Shown: positions 55,264 through 63,921 of the stretch, one piece after another
Layout of the letters: the number at the start of each line of letters is the position of its first letter
How positions within the stretch are numbered: the stretch's first letter is position 1
Source: a virus
Taxonomy: Duplodnaviria; Caudoviricetes
DNA: 64,000 bases
Strand: one strand, 5' to 3'
IMG/VR virus record: IMGVR_UViG_2706796186_000001
Location: 32,001 to 96,000 of that record
Program-made: the position numbers and the translations under genes
The notes under the pieces: generated by a model
Databases searched by the model: none
Told to the model about the DNA's origin: nothing
Seen by the model: only the letters and a program-made list of their open reading frames with translations

Positions 55264-55887
55264 ATGAATCTATTACAGATGCGCGTTCGCACGGCACTGA
55301 TATCTGCGACGGGGGTTCTGAACGCCATACCGAAGCTGCCTAAAATAGTGCTCGGTGATGAAATCAGAAAGCGGCTTATTGTCAGTATGCTTGAAGAACA
55401 GACGTGGGCGAAGTACAGAACACTTCCTGCGGGTTATTCACAAGTAAGGCCACCGTATGTGGGTCAAACGCTAGACATGCTTAAAACGTTGTTTAAGGGC
55501 GCTAGCGTTGACGATGTACAACATGCGTATCGGTGTCTGGCGAATGCGACAGACAAACTACTCGCTCGGAGCTATGGCTTATGGCCAGAAGGTTTACCCG
55601 AAGAGGGTTTCGATGACAGTTACCCTGCGGGTGCGCTGTTGTTTGACCACGGGGTGTCTTACCGATTCCACAAGAACTTCATCCATGCAGTTTGGCTACG
55701 TCCAACGGTAGACATGAAGGAAATGTCAGTTGCTTCCTACATCGACTTCATTTGCACACATTGCGGCGACGTCGACGTCAAGGGCTACACGGTGCGTGAA
55801 CTAACACCATCGATGCCTATCGAAGATTTCCTCGGCGATGTGCACACCGATTATTTGGAGAGGAAATTATGCTCTACATCGAAGTGA
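55264..55887 (+). CDS. Hypothetical protein
   Basis: GGGGA SD before ATG 55264. Confidence 0.7.
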   Translation: MNLLQMRVRTALISATGVLNAIPKLPKIVLGDEIRKRLIVSMLEEQTWAKYRTLPAGYSQVRPPYVGQTLDMLKTLFKGASVDDVQHAYRCLANATDKLLARSYGLWPEGLPEEGFDDSYPAGALLFDHGVSYRFHKNFIHAVWLRPTVDMKEMSVASYIDFICTHCGDVDVKGYTVRELTPSMPIEDFLGDVHTDYLERKLCSTSK

Positions 55888-56345
55888 GTCCTGATAAGGT
55901 CTCCGGTGACCTGTTCCCCGGATTGCGTAAATGGATTGATGACCAGAACGAACACCGAGGTCAACCCATCCGTGTGGTCATGGCAGTGGAAGATGATATT
56001 CCGATGGGTGTTATGGCCTATGCCGATGGCCAGATACTCTACATCTACGTACCGGAAGAATCTCGCCGGGGTGGTGTCGGTACGGCATTACTGAAACGGG
56101 CGGTGTTGGAAAGTAAGCGTTCGGTGGTCAGCGCAAAGGTGCACCCGTCGAACGTTGATGGATTATGTTTCATGCTCAAGTGCGGCTTCGCTATTGATGG
56201 TGTCATGATCGGTTTGGATAATGTACGTTATCATCGTATGACGAATAACATCGTCGTTGTACATACGCCGCCGGAGGAGAAGCACTTAGAAACGTTTGTG
56301 ACGAATGTGCCGATATTTTTATCGATGGCGGAAGGTAATTTCTAG
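55869..56345 (+). CDS. GNAT-family N-acetyltransferase
   Basis: IYVPEESRRGGVGTALL motif A; SN..GL.F..KCGF motif B. Confidence 0.85.
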   Translation: MLYIEVSPDKVSGDLFPGLRKWIDDQNEHRGQPIRVVMAVEDDIPMGVMAYADGQILYIYVPEESRRGGVGTALLKRAVLESKRSVVSAKVHPSNVDGLCFMLKCGFAIDGVMIGLDNVRYHRMTNNIVVVHTPPEEKHLETFVTNVPIFLSMAEGNF

Positions 56346-56361
56346 CCGCGAGATTATAACA

Positions 56362-56847
56362 ATGTTACGTGTTGTGTACGAGACACGGTGCTTGGACGAT
56401 GTCCAATCAAAGCCAGTTTGTCGCGCTGAAATCGTGCCCGCCTCGGCGGTGGACAGAGCAGCGTCCACACTTCGGGGTGTGCCGGTGAAGTTTACACAGT
56501 GTGACGAACATCGCGAGAACAAACCTTATAAGACTATACCGGCAATGCGGCCCAGTAAGCGTAGAAGTTATGCCGAATTAAAGCAAAGACTTTATCGGCA
56601 TTACCGTCGAAGTGCTTGGAAACAGTTAGTGATGCTAGTCATTGACGATTTCATTAAGAACCTCGATTGGGAAGAAGTGCTTAAAGAGGCGGGCTTCCGC
56701 ACTCATTCTTTCACGTACCACTGGCATCAATTCAAAAAACAGTACGACCACGAACTTCGTTGGTCACCTGCAACCCGAAAGATGTTTGCGCGTCTTGAGG
56801 GGCAGGACTGGCTCCTACCGTATATGGAAGAGGACAAAAAAACATGA
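56362..56847 (+). CDS. Hypothetical basic protein
   Basis: ORF between GNAT and secreted protein; start uncertain. Confidence 0.6.
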   Translation: MLRVVYETRCLDDVQSKPVCRAEIVPASAVDRAASTLRGVPVKFTQCDEHRENKPYKTIPAMRPSKRRSYAELKQRLYRHYRRSAWKQLVMLVIDDFIKNLDWEEVLKEAGFRTHSFTYHWHQFKKQYDHELRWSPATRKMFARLEGQDWLLPYMEEDKKT

Positions 56848-57236
56848 TGCGCATTGTAGCAGCTTTTATTTTAACGGTTATTTCGTTTACAGTTTCTGCA
56901 AACTTTAATCCCTACGTAATGGAAGGGTTCAAACCTTCCAATCCGGGGGATGTTCGTGTGAAGTTTACCGAGTTGGATAACCCGACCACGGTAGCGGAGC
57001 ATGGCGGGTTTGCTGTCGTGAATACAGGCCGGTCAGAAAAATGCCCCGCAGGGGGTTTCTATCTGGTTAACCTGACCCGCAAGACATATCAGTTCGTCGA
57101 TGCGGGTTCCTGTCAAAAGGATATTCGTGTGTCATTGTCTGGCCCATTCCCAGACAAACTTTCAGTCGTAACGGAGATTTTGACGTTCACTTACAAAGAC
57201 ATCGTTACGGCACGATACCCACTCTACAGTTATTGA
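56844..57236 (+). CDS. Secreted/periplasmic protein
   Basis: Signal peptide MMRIVAAFILTVISFTVSA; two Cys in the mature part. Confidence 0.7.
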   Translation: MMRIVAAFILTVISFTVSANFNPYVMEGFKPSNPGDVRVKFTELDNPTTVAEHGGFAVVNTGRSEKCPAGGFYLVNLTRKTYQFVDAGSCQKDIRVSLSGPFPDKLSVVTEILTFTYKDIVTARYPLYSY

Positions 57237-57243
57237 GTGGTTT

Positions 57244-57277
57244 TCTCTCCCTTCGGGGAGAGATCATTTTATTTTTT
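57244..57277 (+). terminator. Intrinsic terminator
   Basis: TCTCTCCC-TTCG-GGGAGAGA plus T-rich tail. Confidence 0.85.
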
Positions 57278-57311
57278 AAGTCACCGGTGAATGCTATAGG
57301 AGGTGTCAATC

Positions 57312-57914
57312 ATGACCATAATCTATCGCATTGCTGTAATCGGTTCACGGGAAACAGAAGAAGCGACCATGAGCGAAATGTACATGGCGTTGCTGCGCGG
57401 ATTCAATATGCTGCACCACAGGGGCTACAAGATTCTGTACAGTAGTGGTGGGTGCTGGAAAGGCCCTGACCAGTTACAGTTCAGGTTTGCTCAACAGTGG
57501 GCGAATACCATTGACCAAGACACCGGTAAGAAGGTCGTCTGGGACGATGAGTTCATCTGTTACTTAGCCGACAACAAGAAGATGGGTTGGCTACCGGGAT
57601 TGCACCGTAACGTCGACTTCCGTGTAATCGCACAGGACGAACGCTACCGCGATATCGTACGAAAGTTACACTCTTACCCTGATAAGCTAAAAGAATTCGC
57701 CTGGGCGCTTCATGGGCGCAATTTGAACATCATTATGGGGGATAATCTCGATACGCCAGTAGATGCCGTCTATTATTCGGCACCGTTGGATAAAGACGGT
57801 AATCCAACGGGCGGTACCGCGATGGGTGTGAAGTACGCCAAGGAGTGTGGCATCCCTTGTTATAACCACGGTTACGATGCCCGCAAGTGGCTGGAGACCG
57901 TGCGTTTATTATGA
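57312..57914 (+). CDS. SLOG-superfamily (DprA/Smf-like Rossmann fold) protein
   Basis: IAVIGSRE, SSGGCWKGPD, HGRN..I.G, GGTAMGV..A...GIPCYN; AGGAGG SD. Confidence 0.75.
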   Translation: MTIIYRIAVIGSRETEEATMSEMYMALLRGFNMLHHRGYKILYSSGGCWKGPDQLQFRFAQQWANTIDQDTGKKVVWDDEFICYLADNKKMGWLPGLHRNVDFRVIAQDERYRDIVRKLHSYPDKLKEFAWALHGRNLNIIMGDNLDTPVDAVYYSAPLDKDGNPTGGTAMGVKYAKECGIPCYNHGYDARKWLETVRLL

Positions 57915-57941
57915 CCTGGCCGCATACCTGAGGACACCACT

Positions 57942-58214
57942 ATGAAACCCTATCCATTCTGGAAACGTTTATACTTTGCCTTTTTCCCAGACAAAGACCC
58001 GAGAACGGTTAAATACATCTTCACGTTCGATCGTGAGGAAGATGAGTTTTGGGCAATGCTGAACGGTGACTATCCGGGATGGACGGCTATCTTTCCGTTC
58101 ATGGAACGGAGTGAGCCCCGTGTGATTCACTATCATGACATCCACGGGGACTTAGTGGCTATCTGTGTACGGTGGCCAAACCGCAACTATTACTACACCG
58201 TTAAGGTGCGTTAA
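57942..58214 (+). CDS. Hypothetical protein
   Basis: 90 aa, GAGGA SD. Confidence 0.7.
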   Translation: MKPYPFWKRLYFAFFPDKDPRTVKYIFTFDREEDEFWAMLNGDYPGWTAIFPFMERSEPRVIHYHDIHGDLVAICVRWPNRNYYYTVKVR

Positions 58215-58230
58215 GACAAGGGGTGTGGCC

Positions 58231-58590
58231 ATGCGTGTAAAAAGAACAAGTGATGGCAAACTGTCATTCTTGTGTCCGGGTTGTGGCGTACGCCATACGG
58301 CGTCAGTTTCTTCATCTGGTGGCCCACAGTGGTCGTGGAACGGTGACGTAGACCGTCCCACGTTAACGCCATCTGTGTTGGTGCGCTCCGGGCACTATGT
58401 TCCTGGACACGACAAATCTGGCTGTTGGTGTACCTACTACGCTGATCATCCTGATGAAGATCCCGAAGACAGTTTCAAATGTGGTGTCTGCCACTCGTTT
58501 GTGACAGACGGAAATATCCAATTCTTAAACGATTGTACACATGCACTGGCCGGGAAAACTGTTCCTCTGCCTGAGTTGCAGGAGGACTGA
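58231..58590 (+). CDS. Small Cys/His metal-binding protein (DUF6527-like)
   Basis: FLCPGCG..H, WSWNGD..RPTLTPSV, CHSFVTDG.IQFL.DCTH; family name from memory. Confidence 0.6.
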   Translation: MRVKRTSDGKLSFLCPGCGVRHTASVSSSGGPQWSWNGDVDRPTLTPSVLVRSGHYVPGHDKSGCWCTYYADHPDEDPEDSFKCGVCHSFVTDGNIQFLNDCTHALAGKTVPLPELQED

Positions 58591-58592
58591 TT

Positions 58593-59759
58593 ATGTCGTC
58601 ACCAGATTTAGATTTTATTACGCTGTGTGAGGATTTTGACACAGTGGTTGCCTTGGAGTCCATTGGGGTGGGAATGAATAACCCGATGATGCGCTCTATT
58701 GCCTTGCGATGGAACGTGTTAGATGAAGCCGAGGCGGAGTGGGAAGAAGCGGTTGCCCGTGAGTCCAATGCGATGATGGAACGGGCACAGGCGGTCGCCG
58801 ACGGTGCTGCACAAGGTAGCATCGCGAAGAAGGTTGCCAAAGACGCCGGTAAGGCTGCGGTGGGTGTGGGGATGGGTGCTGCCCGTCTGGCCGGTAAAGG
58901 GACTGTTAAGGGCGCGAAAGCCGCAGGTAAAGGCGCTAAACACCTTTCGAGCAAACTGCTGGATAAATTCAAAGAGTGGGCAGAACACTACGGTCCTATC
59001 TTTAAAGAGAAAATCGCGGACATGACGTCGAAATCCACCACGATGGAAAAGCGTCGCCAGAAGCTCGAGTCCAAACTGCACACGGCGGAGATTCACCCGC
59101 AGGATGTCCGTGTCCTGACGTGGGCGAGTTGTGTCTGTTATGAAGACAAACCCGACCTTGCCAAGTGTATCGAGTTGTCGAATCACAGTGAAGCGATGGC
59201 TGCCGCGGTGAAAGAGTACACCGTGAAAGTTGACCAAACCAAACTGGTTGTCGACCGCCGTAAGAAGAACGATGACGGTACGCTGGATAAAATTGGTTAT
59301 CCGTCAAACGCCGCGATTCACCGTGCTTCAGGTCTTCTCGGACGCTTTACCGAGAACGATGTCAAGGCCCGTCCGTTAGCCGGTAACGTTATCATTGTTA
59401 CCCGTGGGTTCGGTGCAAAAGAGAAGGTGGAGTTTGCCGTTGCCCGTGAAGCCAAAATCGGTGGCAAGTTCGAAACGCTGTCTAAGGCCGAGTGTGAAAA
59501 AGCATTAGAAGCCGTTAAGCGTATTGCACAAGCCCTCGAAGACCGCAGTGCTAAGCGTGGCGTCTTCAGCTACACCGGCATCTATGAAAACATGGAAAAG
59601 CTGCGTGAGCACATGAAGGATTTGGACGGGAACGAGCTGCGTGCCGTTACGCTCCAGTTCAAGAACGCCATGGCTGTCGAAGATGCGTTTACAACAGCGC
59701 TCGTTCGTGTGGGTGATGGTCTGCTCAATTGGGTGCAGGCGTCCATTAAGGCGGGTTAA
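58593..59759 (+). CDS. Probable internal head protein with cleavable propeptide
   Basis: Acidic N-terminus with VALES and VARES motifs, then a Lys/Ala/Gly-rich amphipathic segment. Confidence 0.5.
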   Translation: MSSPDLDFITLCEDFDTVVALESIGVGMNNPMMRSIALRWNVLDEAEAEWEEAVARESNAMMERAQAVADGAAQGSIAKKVAKDAGKAAVGVGMGAARLAGKGTVKGAKAAGKGAKHLSSKLLDKFKEWAEHYGPIFKEKIADMTSKSTTMEKRRQKLESKLHTAEIHPQDVRVLTWASCVCYEDKPDLAKCIELSNHSEAMAAAVKEYTVKVDQTKLVVDRRKKNDDGTLDKIGYPSNAAIHRASGLLGRFTENDVKARPLAGNVIIVTRGFGAKEKVEFAVAREAKIGGKFETLSKAECEKALEAVKRIAQALEDRSAKRGVFSYTGIYENMEKLREHMKDLDGNELRAVTLQFKNAMAVEDAFTTALVRVGDGLLNWVQASIKAG

Positions 59760-59761
59760 GC

Positions 59762-60238
59762 ATGAAAGTCGTTTTAGTTTCTAAGTTAACATCCCGGCTG
59801 GGCCAGAAGTTCCACGCCGAGTTAACCGATTTGCACAACAGTCTCTATAACGACCAGCAGGCCCGTCTTAAAGACCTGAATGGCCGAAGTGGCTTTAATG
59901 AAATCGATGATGTCTCCGAAGTCTGGAGCGAAGGACAGCAGGCTGCCGTGGCTGTAGACGACGAAGGTCGTGCGGTGGGGTTCCTGTCCTTCTCCATTCA
60001 GACCGGTCGGTCGAACATGGGCAGTAAGTGGTTGTGGATTTACAACTTCTATGTCAACAACGACCAACGTGGTAAAGGTGTCGGTCTTCTGCTGATGAAC
60101 GCGGTGCGTGACCACGGGAAAGCCAAAGGTTGTGGTTTCATGCAGCTCTACGTGCTGGACAATAACCAGCAAGCGATTGCGATGTACCAGAAGTTTGGTT
60201 TTCGCACCGAATATCGGGATATGGTGAAGGAGATTTAA
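59762..60238 (+). CDS. GNAT-family N-acetyltransferase
   Basis: FYVNNDQRGKGVGLLLM motif A; L.V...NQQAIAMYQKFGF motif B. Confidence 0.92.
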   Translation: MKVVLVSKLTSRLGQKFHAELTDLHNSLYNDQQARLKDLNGRSGFNEIDDVSEVWSEGQQAAVAVDDEGRAVGFLSFSIQTGRSNMGSKWLWIYNFYVNNDQRGKGVGLLLMNAVRDHGKAKGCGFMQLYVLDNNQQAIAMYQKFGFRTEYRDMVKEI

Positions 60239-60844
60239 ATGGCAACTGTTCGCAATGTGCCCCATCAGGAGGGTCGTCGTTATACGTTTGGTGTGAAGCG
60301 GCATTTCCTCGGTTTCCGTCCGGGATGGAAAGTGGTTCGCGTTGCGGGCAGTTTCTGGCAACTCCCACCTAACGTGTTGAAGCATTACTCGGCAGAGCAG
60401 ATACAACATTTCCTCACACTCGCGGACTGGAGACAGAAAGAGTCCTTTAACCGCATCAAGTGTAATGAAATTGGTAAGTCTCGGAATGCAACCGAGCGGG
60501 GTGTTTATTGGACGGGGCAGAACGCATTTCAAACGGGTGGTTTTGTTGGCCCAACAGAAGTGCGGGAAGTCGAAGGGCAACTGGACGGCAGAAAGTTTAT
60601 CGGTCTGCACATCCACTGTCCTGATTCCCCTCAGTATGACTACCTGCTTGTTACCGATAAAGATGTGACCTTCTCGACGTTCTACAAGTACCTCTTGTTT
60701 TACAGCGATAAGATCTACTTCTACGCGTTCAATCGTGATACGCCGTGGGATATCGGTTTCCCTTACTTACGCCTACGGAGTAAAGAGGCATGTTCTATCG
60801 AGAACTTCAACAGTATACCGACGCTTTGCAAAGAAGCGAGCTAA
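60239..60844 (+). CDS. Hypothetical protein
   Basis: 201 aa, AAGGAG SD. Confidence 0.75.
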   Translation: MATVRNVPHQEGRRYTFGVKRHFLGFRPGWKVVRVAGSFWQLPPNVLKHYSAEQIQHFLTLADWRQKESFNRIKCNEIGKSRNATERGVYWTGQNAFQTGGFVGPTEVREVEGQLDGRKFIGLHIHCPDSPQYDYLLVTDKDVTFSTFYKYLLFYSDKIYFYAFNRDTPWDIGFPYLRLRSKEACSIENFNSIPTLCKEAS

Positions 60845-61158
60845 AGCACGACAGTAACTTTGATGATGTCACGGATGTCCTTTCTCAATTTAAAGACCTC
60901 GTGGTAACCGTTAAGACTGACCCAATCGGTGTACAGTCGCGGGGGTTAGACCTTGTGATTGCCAACGAACATGGGCGGTTCCATTTGCGCTTCCGTTACA
61001 GTAAGGATTTTTTACTCACCTTATTGTGTCACGTTGAAACGAATGGCCAGCGACACAAAGTGCGTTGGTGGGACGATTATTCTAAGTTCGAGTACGCAGA
61101 AGCGGAACACCGCCAAACCGTATACGACTTTATGCGAGCCGTAATTAACGGATTTTGA
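60790..61158 (+). CDS. Hypothetical protein
   Basis: 122 aa, purine-rich SD region, short overlap with previous gene. Confidence 0.65.
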   Translation: MFYRELQQYTDALQRSELKHDSNFDDVTDVLSQFKDLVVTVKTDPIGVQSRGLDLVIANEHGRFHLRFRYSKDFLLTLLCHVETNGQRHKVRWWDDYSKFEYAEAEHRQTVYDFMRAVINGF

Positions 61159-61168
61159 GAGAGCGAAA

Positions 61169-61768
61169 ATGCCTGAGATGATCTTAGACTCGCTTTTCCT
61201 GATTACCAATGCGTACATTGATAAGAATGGTAAACTGCCGGTGCGTATCTGCGTCCGGCGCAGCGGCGTGAGCCGTCTGTATCACATTACCAAAGTCTTA
61301 GACATTGCGTGTAAAGTAACCGGGATGAAGCGACCGAAAACCCTGAACAACTTCAAACACGTTCAGGGTATTTTACACAAAGCCATGTGTGACATGCACC
61401 GTAAGCGCCGTCACTCGCCGTACCATCCATTAACGCGGGCATCAGGAGGTGACGTGGAGTATCGTGAGAACATCGTTAACCTGCGGCCGGGTTATTGCAA
61501 TGTTGCGGGGTTAGGCGCACAACGCCTGCGGAACATCATTCAGGGCAAGAACGCTGAACCGACTCCGCAAGAAGCAGAACACGCAATGTCGATGTTGCGC
61601 GCTGCTGAACTCGTGGTGGTGGATACCGAAGTCGAAGCGTACCGTATGCAGTTCTTCTTGACTGAACGCGGACTAACGGCTTTGGTGGTCTACGGTGAAA
61701 CAGCGGACAAGCTGAACCTGCCGAGCACAGATGGTGAATGGTCGAAACCGACCGTTGAACACCAGTAA
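61169..61768 (+). CDS. Hypothetical protein
   Basis: 199 aa, followed by terminator. Confidence 0.7.
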   Translation: MPEMILDSLFLITNAYIDKNGKLPVRICVRRSGVSRLYHITKVLDIACKVTGMKRPKTLNNFKHVQGILHKAMCDMHRKRRHSPYHPLTRASGGDVEYRENIVNLRPGYCNVAGLGAQRLRNIIQGKNAEPTPQEAEHAMSMLRAAELVVVDTEVEAYRMQFFLTERGLTALVVYGETADKLNLPSTDGEWSKPTVEHQ

Positions 61769-61773
61769 AGTTT

Positions 61774-61810
61774 ACCCACCCCTCGGGGTGGGTTTACTCT
61801 ATCTTTTTTT
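61774..61810 (+). terminator. Intrinsic terminator
   Basis: ACCCACCC-CTCG-GGGTGGGT plus T-rich tail. Confidence 0.75.
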
Positions 61811-61831
61811 GAATAGATATTATTTAGGTGA
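61810..61831 (+). promoter_or_regulatory. Putative early promoter
   Basis: TGAATAGATATTATTTAGGTGA. Confidence 0.65.
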
Positions 61832-61921
61832 GATAACAATAGTTATCTTTTTTTACAGCAGATATTCTAAGTATGCCGATGTGTGCCGGTTAAAGCACAC
61901 CACATCCTACTAGGAGACATT

Positions 61922-62671
61922 ATGAAATTGGAACACGCCGTCGGACACCCACTGAAAACGCTGCGCAGTAACCCGTACATGGAAGAAGTCTGGACACTTA
62001 ACCATCCGGATGCCGCTCACAGTTTCCACTTCTTCAAAGCGAACGATAAGAAATACTCAGCGAAAGGTGTCGTGGTTGAGAAAGGGATTGATATCATCGT
62101 CGAAGTATTGCCGAGTATGGCCGACATGAAAAAGTTAATCGGTGCACGCGGTTTCGGATGGAAGTTAGAGAGCTTTTATCATCCTCTCTATTTGAGGATA
62201 GGCGAGATTGCCTTCAGACGTTGTTTGGGCAACGCAGATTTTCGCGTGGCACTAGCAAAGAACGACGGTGAGTTTGTCAGGAATTATGATCCACTAATTC
62301 ACAGTTTGTTCTTAGCGTATGGCTTGGCAACAGCCGAGATACGACCAGGAAAAGAGGGGATTTGGCCGTACGAAATTCTAACGTGGAATAGCACCTTCCG
62401 TGCGAAGTACCATACCGGAAAAGAGTTGTCAGGTCGCCGCAAACTTACTTACCGCCAAAGCAAGCATCCGGAACTGCCATGTACCGCAGAAATGGATATG
62501 CGTTTTGATGTCAAGCGTCGATGTAACACAGCGCCTAATTTGACGATTACCAGACGGTATCTTCTCGAGAGTTGGCCAAACTCCAAAACGTTTGTTGCGT
62601 CCCCAGAAAACAAACCGTATTTGGATATCCTTTTGGCAGAGGCGGATAGCACCGATACCAGACAGTTGTAA
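61922..62671 (+). CDS. Hypothetical early protein
   Basis: AGGAG SD before ATG 61922. Confidence 0.75.
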   Translation: MKLEHAVGHPLKTLRSNPYMEEVWTLNHPDAAHSFHFFKANDKKYSAKGVVVEKGIDIIVEVLPSMADMKKLIGARGFGWKLESFYHPLYLRIGEIAFRRCLGNADFRVALAKNDGEFVRNYDPLIHSLFLAYGLATAEIRPGKEGIWPYEILTWNSTFRAKYHTGKELSGRRKLTYRQSKHPELPCTAEMDMRFDVKRRCNTAPNLTITRRYLLESWPNSKTFVASPENKPYLDILLAEADSTDTRQL

Positions 62672-62675
62672 TTCT

Positions 62676-62705
62676 ATAAGCGACCTTCGGGTCGCTTATT
62701 TTTTT
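62676..62705 (+). terminator. Intrinsic terminator
   Basis: ATAAGCGACC-TTCG-GGTCGCTTAT plus T-run. Confidence 0.9.
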
Positions 62706-62769
62706 GTTCGATTACACCAGTTGTACATAATGTGTACAGAACACTTAAAGCTTTAATGGGGAAAACGTA

Positions 62770-63411
62770 ATGACAGCCATTACCGCGGCCTTCGATGGTC
62801 ACGATTATGCTGGGAAGTCTACGATGGTGCAGAAGGTTCGTGCCGTCTTAGAAGGTCTTGGTCTGCGAGTGAAGGTGGTTAACCACCCGTGTGCGGATAC
62901 CGAGACAGGGCAGTTTGCTCGCCGCCAGTTAGTGACTGGTGTGGCAGATGCTCTGGTTGCACGGGCAATGTGTCAGGATTTCGAATACACACTGCAATAC
63001 GTCGTACCCCAATACGACGTGGTTTTGCTTGACCGTTGGGCACCCGTGACAATCGCGAACCAAGGTGACGAGGGCCGTCAGGAAGTCTTCCGTTCTGGTG
63101 TGTGTAACCAACCGGGTTCTCCCCAGATTTATGTTTCGATGGAAGTTGGTTTTGAAACCGCCAAACTCCGTCGCAGCAAACGTCTGGCTGAGAAAGGGTT
63201 GGACTGGGATGATGCGGTCAGTGGTAAGATGTTCGAGTCGGAAGAAGCGTGGGATGCGTATCGCGATCGCTATCGTTATGCGTTTCAGATTCTGACCGAG
63301 GGCGGGGATAAGTTCCAGTGGCTGAAGTTTGACGAACAGTCTGACCAAGTTACGGCACCGCTCACTATCGCGACCGCAATCGCAGTGGCGTACGTGAACA
63401 AACTAAAATAA
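62770..63411 (+). CDS. tmk: Thymidylate (dNMP) kinase
   Basis: P-loop FDGHDYAGKST, VVLLDRW, ANQG. Confidence 0.85.
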   Translation: MTAITAAFDGHDYAGKSTMVQKVRAVLEGLGLRVKVVNHPCADTETGQFARRQLVTGVADALVARAMCQDFEYTLQYVVPQYDVVLLDRWAPVTIANQGDEGRQEVFRSGVCNQPGSPQIYVSMEVGFETAKLRRSKRLAEKGLDWDDAVSGKMFESEEAWDAYRDRYRYAFQILTEGGDKFQWLKFDEQSDQVTAPLTIATAIAVAYVNKLK

Positions 63412-63418
63412 GAAAGAC

Positions 63419-63453
63419 CCCTCTTACCTTCGGGTAAGAGGGTTTTATTTTTT
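63419..63453 (+). terminator. Intrinsic terminator
   Basis: CCCTCTTACC-TTCG-GGTAAGAGGG plus T-run. Confidence 0.9.
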
Positions 63454-63492
63454 ACACCAACCAATAGTCCTATGCTTTATTCCACAAAATCT

Positions 63493-63514
63493 CAGATAGA
63501 TATCATCTAGGTGG
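63493..63514 (+). promoter_or_regulatory. Putative early promoter
   Basis: CAGATAGATATCATCTAGGTGG. Confidence 0.75.
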
Positions 63515-63559
63515 ACATTGAAATCAATGTCTTATTGTACCCACAAGGAGAATCAAACA

Positions 63560-63910
63560 ATGCGTTATATCCATGATGCTACACGTAATGCTAAAAACAA
63601 GTTCGTCAACCAGATGAGCTTCATCATTGAAAAGATTGTTGAAGACGGTGTAAAGCAGCGTGAACTTGCTGACGTTGCGAAAGTCTCACCTGGCGTCATT
63701 AGCAACATCAAATTCGGTCGTGTTGACCGTGTTTCATTTGACGTCGTTAAGCGTGTCGCCGATGCCCTGCGTCTGGAATATACAATCACCGTAACGTCCC
63801 GCTTTGGTAAGGCTACCGAAGTCGTGACCGTACAAACCGGTTATGAATATATGAGACTCAATGCCGCATGGCAGGGTCACCAGGCTAAGTCCGTCCGTAC
63901 CGCACACTAA
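63560..63910 (+). CDS. XRE-family helix-turn-helix DNA-binding protein
   Basis: KQRELADVAKVSPGVISNIKFGRVDRVSFDVVKRVADAL; AAGGAG SD before ATG 63560. Confidence 0.85.
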   Translation: MRYIHDATRNAKNKFVNQMSFIIEKIVEDGVKQRELADVAKVSPGVISNIKFGRVDRVSFDVVKRVADALRLEYTITVTSRFGKATEVVTVQTGYEYMRLNAAWQGHQAKSVRTAH

Positions 63911-63921
63911 TCGAGGTTACC

